Source: a virus
Direction: 5' to 3' (one strand)
Length of the DNA stretch: 42,049 nucleotides
IMG/VR virus record: IMGVR_UViG_3300047496_000083
Location: 1-42,049 of that record
Made by a program: the position numbers and the translations under genes. Within the stretch, counting starts at the first letter, position 1; every line of letters begins with the position of its first letter. The notes beneath the pieces were generated by a model. It had not been told where the DNA came from. It worked only from the letters and a program-made list of their open reading frames with translations, and did no database searches. This document shows positions 34,426-41,927 of this stretch, piece after piece.

Positions 34426-35274
34426 TTGGCAGACTTTACACAAGGACTAGACGTCTCACAGTATCAGGGAGATATCGACTGGAACGCTGTTAAAGCGGCT
34501 GGTTATGAGATAGCTGTTCTGAAAGTTTCAGGTAGTGATGCCGGAGACTATGTAGACAGTAAAGCTGGCATAAATTACTCAGGCGCTCGTAACGCCGGTC
34601 TAGCCTTTGGTACATATCACTTTGCGGGGGGCGGTGACGCTAACCACGAAGCTGAATACTTTGTAAATGTCTGCTCTCCCCTAGACGAAAACCAGGTATT
34701 AGTCCTAGACTGGGAAATCCAACATCCCGACCCGGTGGGTTGGGTAAACACCTTCACTAACAGAGTGAAACAACTAACCGGTATCTGGCCGATTGTTTAT
34801 ATGAACGGCTCAACCCGTAACGCTTACAACTGGGATGCAGTGGCGGCTAACTGTGGTTTTTGGATAGCTTGGTACGGTCAGAGCCCCGAGAATCCCCTAC
34901 CTGTAAATGGAAACTACATCGCCCATCAATATACTTCTGGTGGTTCGGTACCTGGTATAGCTGGACGAGTAGACTTAGATGCTTGGTTTATAGACGTAGC
35001 TACGTTTAATAAATACGGCTATCACTCAGCCCCTGCACCGCATCCTACGCCTACACCAGTTCCAACGCCTACTCCAACTCCTGACCCAGTTCCAACACCA
35101 GATCCTACGCCTGTTCCCATACCAACTCCCGACCCTACTCCACCTCCAGTAGTAGTTCCGCCAGACCCAACCCCTACTCCGACACCGCCTAACTCTAAAA
35201 ACCTCATACTAGCTGTTTTATCCGCTATCGGAGCCTTAATCGCAGGATTTCTAGTATGGCTTCACTCAAATTAG
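34426..35274 (+). CDS. GH25 muramidase endolysin with a Pro/Thr linker and C-terminal TM anchor
   Basis: GLDVSQYQGDIDWNAVKAAGYEIAVLKVS…YHF… is the GH25 signature. It is followed by a PTPTPVPTP… linker and LILAVLSAIGALIAGFLVWL. TTG start after AAGGGAG. Confidence 0.85.
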   Translation: MADFTQGLDVSQYQGDIDWNAVKAAGYEIAVLKVSGSDAGDYVDSKAGINYSGARNAGLAFGTYHFAGGGDANHEAEYFVNVCSPLDENQVLVLDWEIQHPDPVGWVNTFTNRVKQLTGIWPIVYMNGSTRNAYNWDAVAANCGFWIAWYGQSPENPLPVNGNYIAHQYTSGGSVPGIAGRVDLDAWFIDVATFNKYGYHSAPAPHPTPTPVPTPTPTPDPVPTPDPTPVPIPTPDPTPPPVVVPPDPTPTPTPPNSKNLILAVLSAIGALIAGFLVWLHSN

Positions 35275-35990
35275 GTAAAACCCCAGCCCGACCTGGTGCG
35301 GTTAAATTCAAACTAACTGACTACCTGGCTCTACCTAAACCCCCTGCGAAGTACGGGCACTACTCTTTAATACCTAGTTGGGGAATGTTAGGCAACGATC
35401 AGTATGGAGATTGTGTGTGGGCGGGAGCTGGACACGAGGTCATGTTGTGGAACAAAGAAGCCAATCGTGCGGTTCTATTTACAGACCAAGACGTTTTATC
35501 AGATTACTCCGCTGTTACTGGATTTAATCCTAACGACCCCAACTCAGATCAGGGAACGGATATGACAGTGGCGGCCTCCTATCGTAGAAAGACTGGAGTT
35601 ACTGCCCACGGTCTGCGCCACAAAGTTCTAGCTTATCTCGCTCTACCAGTCGGAGATACCACCCAACTCAAACAAGCTGTTTATCTATTTGGGGCTGTCG
35701 GAGTAGGGATTCAGTTCCCAGCCTCGGCCATGACCCAGTTCAACAACGGTAAACCGTGGTCTGTTACCAGTTCTGCCATAGAAGGCGGACACTATATCCC
35801 ATGTGTCGGGTATGACTCTAAATACTTTTATGTTGTGACGTGGGGTAAAGTTCAAAAGTGTACCTACGGGTTCATTAAAAAGTACATGGATGAGGCTATT
35901 GCTTATTTGTCTGCCGAGATGTTAACTAATAATAAATCATTAGAGGGATTTGACTTAACCGCCCTACAAGGAGATTTACAATCACTATGA
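35256..35990 (+). CDS. Possible papain-fold cysteine peptidase (second lysin?)
   Basis: GNDQYGDCVWAGAGHE (Cys candidate) and EGGHYIPCVGYD (His candidate), by motif resemblance only. Confidence 0.35.
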   Translation: MASLKLGKTPARPGAVKFKLTDYLALPKPPAKYGHYSLIPSWGMLGNDQYGDCVWAGAGHEVMLWNKEANRAVLFTDQDVLSDYSAVTGFNPNDPNSDQGTDMTVAASYRRKTGVTAHGLRHKVLAYLALPVGDTTQLKQAVYLFGAVGVGIQFPASAMTQFNNGKPWSVTSSAIEGGHYIPCVGYDSKYFYVVTWGKVQKCTYGFIKKYMDEAIAYLSAEMLTNNKSLEGFDLTALQGDLQSL

Positions 35991-36100
35991 CCAACAAAAA
36001 TAAGAAATACAGAGATAGACACGCCGACGAACGCCTAATCGTGTATTATTTGCGTAGACACAAAGCTAACCTACAAAGAATCTTAGGAAAGGTACAATGA
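35987..36100 (+). CDS. 37-aa basic micro-ORF coupled on both sides
   Basis: ATGA overlaps at both ends; MTNKNKKYRDRHADERLIVYYLRRHKANLQRILGKVQ. Confidence 0.3.
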   Translation: MTNKNKKYRDRHADERLIVYYLRRHKANLQRILGKVQ

Positions 36101-36288
36101 ATTACAACGCACTCGTAGTACGAGCCGCTAAGACCTTTTTACAGGCCTTTCTAGCCTCGTTAAGCTTCGGAATAGCCGCAACCAGCGCAACTACTGGTTA
36201 TTCGGCTTACAGAGCCTTAATTGTGGCCGCAATTGCCGCTGGTGTCTCAGCTGTGATGAACTTATTCTTGAATCCACAGACAAAGTAA
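36097..36288 (+). CDS. Holin-like two-TM protein
   Basis: RAAKTFLQAFLASLSFGIAA… and ALIVAAIAAGVSAVMNLFL hydrophobic segments, in the lysis neighbourhood. Confidence 0.45.
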   Translation: MNYNALVVRAAKTFLQAFLASLSFGIAATSATTGYSAYRALIVAAIAAGVSAVMNLFLNPQTK

Positions 36289-36488
36289 TGGGCGAGAAAG
36301 CGCCAAAAGAGGCCAAGCCCAACCGTGTCTTTAGAGGTGCTGTAATACGTGCCGCTATCCAAGAAGCATTAGAATACGGACAAGGGCTGTTCAGACCGCT
36401 AGATCCCACCAGATATGTCTCAGGCGATTGGGATGAGATTGGGGTGGGAGCGATGATGCCAGAGGACTTAGATGGGAATAGAGAATAG
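36288..36488 (+). CDS. Hypothetical protein
   Basis: ORF track; TAATG coupling. Confidence 0.4.
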   Translation: MGEKAPKEAKPNRVFRGAVIRAAIQEALEYGQGLFRPLDPTRYVSGDWDEIGVGAMMPEDLDGNRE

Positions 36489-36660
36489 TAACTGGTCGGT
36501 CGGTAACTTAGAGAATCAACTCCACATGCATATGGTGGCTGTGGGATTTATACTAGATCAATTATTAACACGCCACGGGATAAAGTACGTGGTGACCGTA
36601 GAAGAAGTTGATAAAGCCAATCCTAACCAACTCGTATTAGAAGAGACTAGAACAGAATAA
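36472..36660 (+). CDS. Hypothetical protein (last plus-strand gene)
   Basis: ORF track. Confidence 0.4.
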   Translation: MGIENSNWSVGNLENQLHMHMVAVGFILDQLLTRHGIKYVVTVEEVDKANPNQLVLEETRTE

Positions 36661-37303
36661 AGTTTGGGAACTCAGCCGTGGTGGTGGTGCGTTCATCTGT
36701 GGTAAAGGGTCCGTTAGCCCCGTTCATCTCCCAAACAACAAAAGAACCATCGGGGTTTAAACTCTCTACCAAAGCTACATGACCTAGATAACTATCTCCT
36801 GATGTCTGGGCAATACTTCCAACTGTAGGGGTGTTTGTAACTTCAATACCTTGTGCCTGAGCGTTAACCGCCCATTCATTAGCATTACCTGACCACGTTA
36901 TGGGCAGTCTGGAGGCTATACCCCACGTACATTGGCCTGGAACAAATGAATTGGGCAGATTATCGCTAAGTGCATATAAAATCGTCTGGGCGGTCTCTAC
37001 GTTGCTTATAACGGGCATTGTAAGTTGCGGAAGGGGTTGTATTTGGGCGGGGATTGTTCTGGGGTCGGCGTAAGTTATCTTGTTGGTGGCGGGGAAGAAC
37101 GATAGTAGGACGGAGATGTATAAAAGAACAACCGCCCCTACGATAAAGAGGCGATTGCTTTGCTGGATAGTGCGAACTCCTACCAGCTTGGATAATAACT
37201 GCTTATAAAAGGGTTTGGCAATACCAAAGTCTACAGTATAGGGGCGTCCCCTCCCAATCTTGGGTGAACGTAGTTGGCTTAATTGTATTATCTGATGTTT
37301 CAA
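36647..37303 (-). CDS. Membrane-anchored CHAP-domain peptidoglycan hydrolase
   Basis: TM segment LFIVGAVVLLYISVLLSFF, then PGQCTWGIASR (Cys) and GHVALVE (His), typical of CHAP. Confidence 0.7.
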   Translation of the reverse strand: MKHQIIQLSQLRSPKIGRGRPYTVDFGIAKPFYKQLLSKLVGVRTIQQSNRLFIVGAVVLLYISVLLSFFPATNKITYADPRTIPAQIQPLPQLTMPVISNVETAQTILYALSDNLPNSFVPGQCTWGIASRLPITWSGNANEWAVNAQAQGIEVTNTPTVGSIAQTSGDSYLGHVALVESLNPDGSFVVWEMNGANGPFTTDERTTTTAEFPNFILF

Positions 37304-37554
37304 ATCGGTGGTAAAAGGTCAGGACAATCCTACTTACAAGGATTAACTTTACCACAGGCATTAGTTGGGCGGTCAAGGACTTGATTTTCTAAACATTAAG
37401 GGATACAGTAGTAATAACTGAAATGGTGAGCTAAAACCAAAGTAGGTTGTCGAGTTGCAAATCGGCTAAACATCAAGCCAACGAAAAACCCCCCGTGTTA
37501 GCGGAGGGCTGGTGAGCTAATATCTAGCTTAAGCCAGCGAACTAGGAATGTCAA

Positions 37555-37866
37555 GTGCAACCAGTATCAAATATCCTACCAATTGGACCAATAGGAAATA
37601 AAAATTTAAACCCAATTGGTCCAATTGGAGAGACCGAGCCCCGGGCTTCAAGACGAGCTGTAGACCATCTCCTTTATGAGTACCGTGAGCTTATCGAGCC
37701 ACAATACGTTAAGTGGTTCGCCAAGCGTTTTTATGTGTTGCCGTACGATACTATTCATCGGGCGGCCAGCGAAGCCAAGCAAGACGGTAATAATCCTAAG
37801 CGTTTGTTCTCGTTCATAATAAATAAACACTACAATGCCAAAAGTACCGGTTTACAACCTAACTAA
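37555..37866 (+). CDS. Hypothetical DNA-binding or replication-organiser-like protein (GTG start; boundaries uncertain)
   Basis: ORF track; its 5' part carries the CCAATTGG repeat pairs. No internal Met. Confidence 0.35.
   Translation: MQPVSNILPIGPIGNKNLNPIGPIGETEPRASRRAVDHLLYEYRELIEPQYVKWFAKRFYVLPYDTIHRAASEAKQDGNNPKRLFSFIINKHYNAKSTGLQPN
37579..37629. repeat. Two 18-bp direct repeats, each made of two CCAATWGG palindromic half-sites
   Basis: CCAATTGGACCAATAGGA (37579-37596) and CCAATTGGTCCAATTGGA (37612-37629), 16/18 identical, separated by an AT-rich 15-mer. Confidence 0.85.
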
Positions 37867-38071
37867 GAAGCCCGCTAAATCACCCCGCCCACTTAATAAC
37901 ATAGAAGCCACTGCTAAAGCGTGGGGAATATCGAATGGCGAGATGTACCAAATCTGGGGCTGGCTAGAGGACAAAGTACCCGAGTACCGGCGTTGGCGAG
38001 CCTTGCGGAGTATCCTACAAAAACACCATAACCGTCAACGTAAACGCCCTAAACAGCAAAAACTTTTATAA
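37835..38071 (+). CDS. Hypothetical basic protein
   Basis: ORF track; overlaps the previous ORF by 32 nt. Confidence 0.35.
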   Translation: MPKVPVYNLTKKPAKSPRPLNNIEATAKAWGISNGEMYQIWGWLEDKVPEYRRWRALRSILQKHHNRQRKRPKQQKLL

Positions 38072-38452
38072 CTTATTAAATAATTCTTCAGCTTGCTTCT
38101 TAGTCAGCTTCTTCCAGAACCCGCTACCCATCGGGCTACGGTTCCACGCCCTCAGGGTTAGACCGTCAAAGTCATCACCTAGTTGGGCTTTTTTATAATC
38201 TTCGTACTCGCCAATATGTTTATCCCAATACCTATGACAGCCATAACAAAGGGCTATACAGTTATCCGGGTCAAACCTAGTCCCCCACTTACCACGGGAA
38301 TAGAAGTGGGAACAATGCAGGGCTTTGGTAGGCGGGGCGTACGCTGTACCACACCTTTTACATTGCCAACCATCCCGCCCCCTAATGTAATTACTAAAGG
38401 CTTGGTCAGCTGGGAATAGCTTGGTCGCCACCCTCGCCTCGCTTTTTGCCAC
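38066..38452 (-). CDS. NinG-like / HNH-type Cys-rich nuclease
   Basis: IRGRDGWQCKRCG…HCSHFYSRG…RFDPDNCIALCYGCH resembles the lambda NinG family pattern. Confidence 0.5.
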   Translation of the reverse strand: MAKSEARVATKLFPADQAFSNYIRGRDGWQCKRCGTAYAPPTKALHCSHFYSRGKWGTRFDPDNCIALCYGCHRYWDKHIGEYEDYKKAQLGDDFDGLTLRAWNRSPMGSGFWKKLTKKQAEELFNKL

Positions 38453-38609
38453 CCCTACCGCCCCTACTAGATATCTCTAGGTGCTTTGCTTTATCCATAG
38501 CTTTAAATCCAGGCGTCTTGACTAAACTGCGACGACGTCGCATTTCTGCCTTATAACCTTCTTCACCACCGTATTTGAGGATTTGGGTATCCTGTGCTTT
38601 ATTGGTCAT
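38406..38609 (-). CDS. Hypothetical Gly/Arg-rich protein
   Basis: ORF track; 47-nt overlap with the downstream gene. Confidence 0.35.
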   Translation of the reverse strand: MTNKAQDTQILKYGGEEGYKAEMRRRRSLVKTPGFKAMDKAKHLEISSRGGRGGKKRGEGGDQAIPS

Positions 38610-38625
38610 GTTTATAGCTTAACAC

Positions 38626-39054
38626 TCAAAAGGGTATATCGTCCATGTTTACAGGTTCGTCCGGGACTTCCGCCACCTCGTCAACCCTAGCAGGATTATC
38701 TGGCACAACTAGTGGTGATACGAACTCTAGTATCTTCTGGGTATCAGCGTAGATCAGCTCTAATAGTTTGGTAGTATCGCTGGTGACACTGACTGGGCCG
38801 TTAGCCGCCCCAACACTGGTGTCACCACTACTCTCAACCTTAACCTTACGCAGACGTAGGTAGTCTGTACCTTTGGCAGAGGTTTTATTAAGCGACTCTT
38901 CAAACTCAATCACCGCCCCATCACCTACTGTTCCTGACATTAGGTTGAACATTACCGGCTTATCCGAGTCGTGTGTCTCGCTCCAGAACGTCTGTCCGTA
39001 CTTTTCGTCCCTGTCGCCCATCGGCTTAGGGTTAATTAACTTATATTGTGGCAT
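38626..39054 (-). CDS. SSB-like protein with a canonical acidic C-terminal tip
   Basis: Ends …PVNMDDIPF, matching the bacterial SSB tip D-D-(D)-I-P-F. A short N-terminal globular part is followed by a flexible linker. Confidence 0.5.
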   Translation of the reverse strand: MPQYKLINPKPMGDRDEKYGQTFWSETHDSDKPVMFNLMSGTVGDGAVIEFEESLNKTSAKGTDYLRLRKVKVESSGDTSVGAANGPVSVTSDTTKLLELIYADTQKILEFVSPLVVPDNPARVDEVAEVPDEPVNMDDIPF

Positions 39055-39268
39055 CTATGCTCTCCTTTAACTTATATTGCACTGTCTTACCGACTCTACG
39101 GTCTAATTTACCCTCATTGGCGAGTTCCCTTGATCTCCGCCCCACTGTAGACGCTGTTGTATACCAAGCAGGAGCTTCAGCCTCTAAGCGGTAGATCGGC
39201 GTCCAGTCCCGCCCCCTCATAAACCCGAGGATTTTATGCTTGGTGGTTTGCTTATATGGATTTGCCAT
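39041..39268 (-). CDS. Winged-helix DNA-binding protein
   Basis: …ILGFMRGRDWTPIYRL…TVGRRSRELANEGKLDRR…YKL pattern. Confidence 0.45.
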   Translation of the reverse strand: MANPYKQTTKHKILGFMRGRDWTPIYRLEAEAPAWYTTASTVGRRSRELANEGKLDRRVGKTVQYKLKESIDATI

Positions 39269-40022
39269 GCTTATCCTTTGCTAGATCAAGCGAACAACAT
39301 CCAGCGTCCGTCCTGTAGTCGCACCACTGAAACACCGGCCCCCAAAGTGGCGATGACTCATCACACAAACACTCCGGCGGTTCTTGTGCCTCCCACGCTT
39401 CGTTAAGCAGGGTTAGCCTGCGTTTTACCCACTCAATGTACTTCGGCTCGACTTTCGTCTGATATACGCACAGCAAGCCTGAGAGTGAGGCGTAAACAAA
39501 GTCTATGTTCTCAACAGTTTCGCCCAGAAGCAGAGCATAGGCGTGGTTTTGTAGGACGTGGTGAATGTAAGGCTCGGGCATAGGTTCATAGACGGGGCGG
39601 TTCCACTTGTTCTTTTCGCCCGAATCCTGCTTAAGGGTTGTCTCGCTGGTCAGCGGGCCTTTATAGAACGCCCAATCACTAACTGACTTGACTTCTATTA
39701 GAGTCTTACCGTCTTTAGACAGGTTGTCGTACTCGCCCGTTAAACTCCACTTGTCGGAGGTCAGCCGGACGTTAGCCGAGGTCTCGCCCCAAACCTTATC
39801 TATATGCGGTCTTAACTGTTCTTCCAGCTTATGCCCCGCCCCCCACCTAATTACTTTAGCTCCTGAAGGCTTTGTAAGCCCCGCCACGCCCAGTCTATGA
39901 AAATAATGGGCACGGGGACAGATCGAGATAGACGAGGCGTGCCACAGCTTGTAAACACGTTCTTCGTTCTCCTCCGCAATAGATTGATACAGCTTAACGC
40001 TTAAATCTTTAGATAAAGACAT
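39252..40022 (-). CDS. PD-(D/E)XK Cas4/RecB-like exonuclease with Cys cluster (ATG at 40022 after AGGAG preferred)
   Basis: ICPRAHYF (N-terminal Cys), EYD…LIEVKS (D…ExK), QNHAY (QxxxY), and C-terminal CLCDE…WCDY…GCC cysteines. Confidence 0.65.
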   Translation of the reverse strand: MSLSKDLSVKLYQSIAEENEERVYKLWHASSISICPRAHYFHRLGVAGLTKPSGAKVIRWGAGHKLEEQLRPHIDKVWGETSANVRLTSDKWSLTGEYDNLSKDGKTLIEVKSVSDWAFYKGPLTSETTLKQDSGEKNKWNRPVYEPMPEPYIHHVLQNHAYALLLGETVENIDFVYASLSGLLCVYQTKVEPKYIEWVKRRLTLLNEAWEAQEPPECLCDESSPLWGPVFQWCDYRTDAGCCSLDLAKDKHGKSI

Positions 40023-40085
40023 CAAACTCCTTATCCGGCCACAAACCACCCAATACTAGACCAACTACTACAGCAAGGTAGTAAA

Positions 40086-40304
40086 TCATTTCTTTTCCTT
40101 TGGAGGGGCGGATTTTTTCTTTACATGGTAGTCAGACTGACTAACTACTTCGAGTCCAAGATAATCTAACAGAGCAACCAATTTCTTTGAACAGTTACAA
40201 CTACTGTTGAGCTCCACAAATCTTTGGAAACTTGTCTCGGATAACTCTAAGAATGGGTACTCAAACTTTTCTTCCAACGCCTCGATTCTGCTTTCTTTAC
40301 TCAT
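40086..40304 (-). CDS. Hypothetical protein (internal start MSKESRIEAL… preferred)
   Basis: ATGA overlap with the stop of the upstream micro-ORF. Confidence 0.4.
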   Translation of the reverse strand: MSKESRIEALEEKFEYPFLELSETSFQRFVELNSSCNCSKKLVALLDYLGLEVVSQSDYHVKKKSAPPKEKK

Positions 40305-40450
40305 TCCGCCACATCCCCTAGCTTTTCTACTGGGTCTACATAAGTAGGGGCGTATTCCGCCAACCACTCAGCTTCACTCATCTGCCCCTCGTCTACCAAC
40401 TCCAAAGCATCTAAGGCTTCTTCCGATAATGATTGTTTTGTTCTGCTCAT
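40301..40450 (-). CDS. 49-aa acidic micro-ORF (below the track cutoff)
   Basis: Hand translation: MSRTKQSLSEEALDALELVDEGQMSEAEWLAEYAPTYVDPVEKLGDVAE. Confidence 0.35.
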   Translation of the reverse strand: MSRTKQSLSEEALDALELVDEGQMSEAEWLAEYAPTYVDPVEKLGDVAE

Positions 40451-40492
40451 ATGTAATGCCTTTCAAATCTCCTACCTAAGAGGTTAGCACAG

Positions 40493-40696
40493 TTACGGTT
40501 GAGTGTCAAGCTTGCCCCTACTTTGGGCGCGGCGAACATGGGCTTTCACACGGTTATGCTTAGCATCAAACCAAGTTTCACATTCGCCGCCAATATAAAT
40601 CGAAGCTTCTAAACCATCATCTAATAAAACCGCCACTACACAGTAATCATCGAAGTATTGGGTCTGGTGCTTGAGCACACGGATTATTTTCGCCAC
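40493..40696 (-). CDS. Hypothetical protein
   Basis: ORF track. Confidence 0.45.
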   Translation of the reverse strand: MAKIIRVLKHQTQYFDDYCVVAVLLDDGLEASIYIGGECETWFDAKHNRVKAHVRRAQSRGKLDTQP

Positions 40697-40713
40697 TTTA
40701 TCAGCTCCTATAT

Positions 40714-40863
40714 TTAATTAGTGGGCGGATTTTTAGGTTTGTATTTAATTAAAGTTATTTCTTTCTTGGCTTGATTCACCCCAACATACTCAACCTCGTA
40801 ATTAGGGATGTGGCGGCCAAGTAAACGCTTTAATTCGGGTAAAATCCAGTCTGTGTCGCTCAT
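40714..40863 (-). CDS. 49-aa ORF (below the track cutoff), first gene downstream of the large non-coding region
   Basis: Hand translation: MSDTDWILPELKRLLGRHIPNYEVEYVGVNQAKKEITLIKYKPKNPPTN; SD GGAGG upstream. Confidence 0.35.
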   Translation of the reverse strand: MSDTDWILPELKRLLGRHIPNYEVEYVGVNQAKKEITLIKYKPKNPPTN

Positions 40864-40979
40864 AAAACCTCCTTACATTTATTTAATTGGCGGATATATC
40901 ATATGCACCGGCCATTACATATCATTCTTATCTGTTAATTGCTAAATAATATGTATCAATTTGCATATGACGGATGTAT

Positions 40980-41445
40980 TTAGAGAGACAGATTGCCGGG
41001 CGGTAGACTATTGATTCCAACTCTTAGAACGTCTTCTATTTCCCTACCGCCCAGCGAACTATCTCTCTTTTAGGTGCAGATTTGGATGGGCGAGGATTTC
41101 CCTTAGTCACCTCGCATGGCCGTCGCAGTGCGTCCCCGGTGTTACCACTAAGGGCGTCCCGTAGGACGTAGAAACCGCACTCGCATACTTTTGTACCATG
41201 AACCACTTGCCTCAAGGCTTAAGGCGGTACAGGACTTTTGGCGCCACCATCCAGAACTACACCTAATATGTTAATGAACTTGGAGCACTTCAAAGATTTT
41301 CTTTAGAGTGCTCTGGTAGCGGCAGAAGCGTCTATTTAATTTGTTGTTCCTCCCCCGACTTAGGGAATCTTCTGCGCTAATGACCAGTTAGAGGCTGGAT
41401 TTCGCATGTTCTGAGCTAGCAAAATCTAATCAGCCTCAGTTCTAG
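40980..41445. ncRNA. Candidate large structured RNA, or a structured origin (family and strand unknown)
   Basis: No ORF of 60 aa or more on either strand across 40864-41500. At least ten helices found by eye; coordinates are given in the finding. Confidence 0.4.
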
Positions 41446-41500
41446 GCGTTAGTTATAGGCTTCTCCAACATTACCTTCCAGATTTCATCATCAGTCATAT

Positions 41501-41791
41501 TTACTCCTTTGCTTTTAACTCTTTGATTCGGTCTTCAACACGCTTCTCGCTAACGTATACGAAGTTTTTACCTAACGAATCTGTTTTGATTACATATCCA
41601 CTCGGGGGTAATACTAAATTTTCCAACTCGCTTACAACGGCTCTGATTATTAGTTGCTGGATTTTAGCTTTTGCCTCGGATTGAGCCTTTAGGTAGTATG
41701 GCAAGGTAGCATGGTCGCCCGGCTTGATTACGCTATCTATGAAGTCATCCAGCTCCTGTGAGGTAGGCTGTTTATTGTCTGGGGCGGTCAT
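41501..41791 (-). CDS. Hypothetical early protein
   Basis: ORF track. Confidence 0.5.
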   Translation of the reverse strand: MTAPDNKQPTSQELDDFIDSVIKPGDHATLPYYLKAQSEAKAKIQQLIIRAVVSELENLVLPPSGYVIKTDSLGKNFVYVSEKRVEDRIKELKAKE

Positions 41792-41927
41792 ATCTAAATC
41801 CTAAAAATATTACGTTTATCGTTAATGTAAAGCCCCAAAAAACCAAGTCGCTAACATCACCCCACACTCGACTACCTATAAACATGAACGTCAGAAACAA
41901 AAGCCAGAATATATCAAACTTGCTCAT
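41772..41927 (-). CDS. 51-aa two-TM protein (below the track cutoff)
   Basis: Hand translation: MSKFDIFWLLFLTFMFIGSRVWGDVSDLVFWGFTLTINVIFLGFRYDRPRQ. ATGA overlap with the upstream stop. Confidence 0.35.
   Translation of the reverse strand: MSKFDIFWLLFLTFMFIGSRVWGDVSDLVFWGFTLTINVIFLGFRYDRPRQ

Noticed and set aside
35022-35207. Minus-strand ORF encoding a GVGVGSG repeat
   Set aside because: It is the reverse complement of the Pro/Thr linker of the GH25 endolysin.
41239-41249. A GGCGCCACCA string that looked like a tRNA or tmRNA 3' acceptor end
   Set aside because: The 17 nt upstream cannot form a T-arm, and I could not fold a cloverleaf or find a TTCRA loop. No tRNA-like element was found anywhere in the window by eye.
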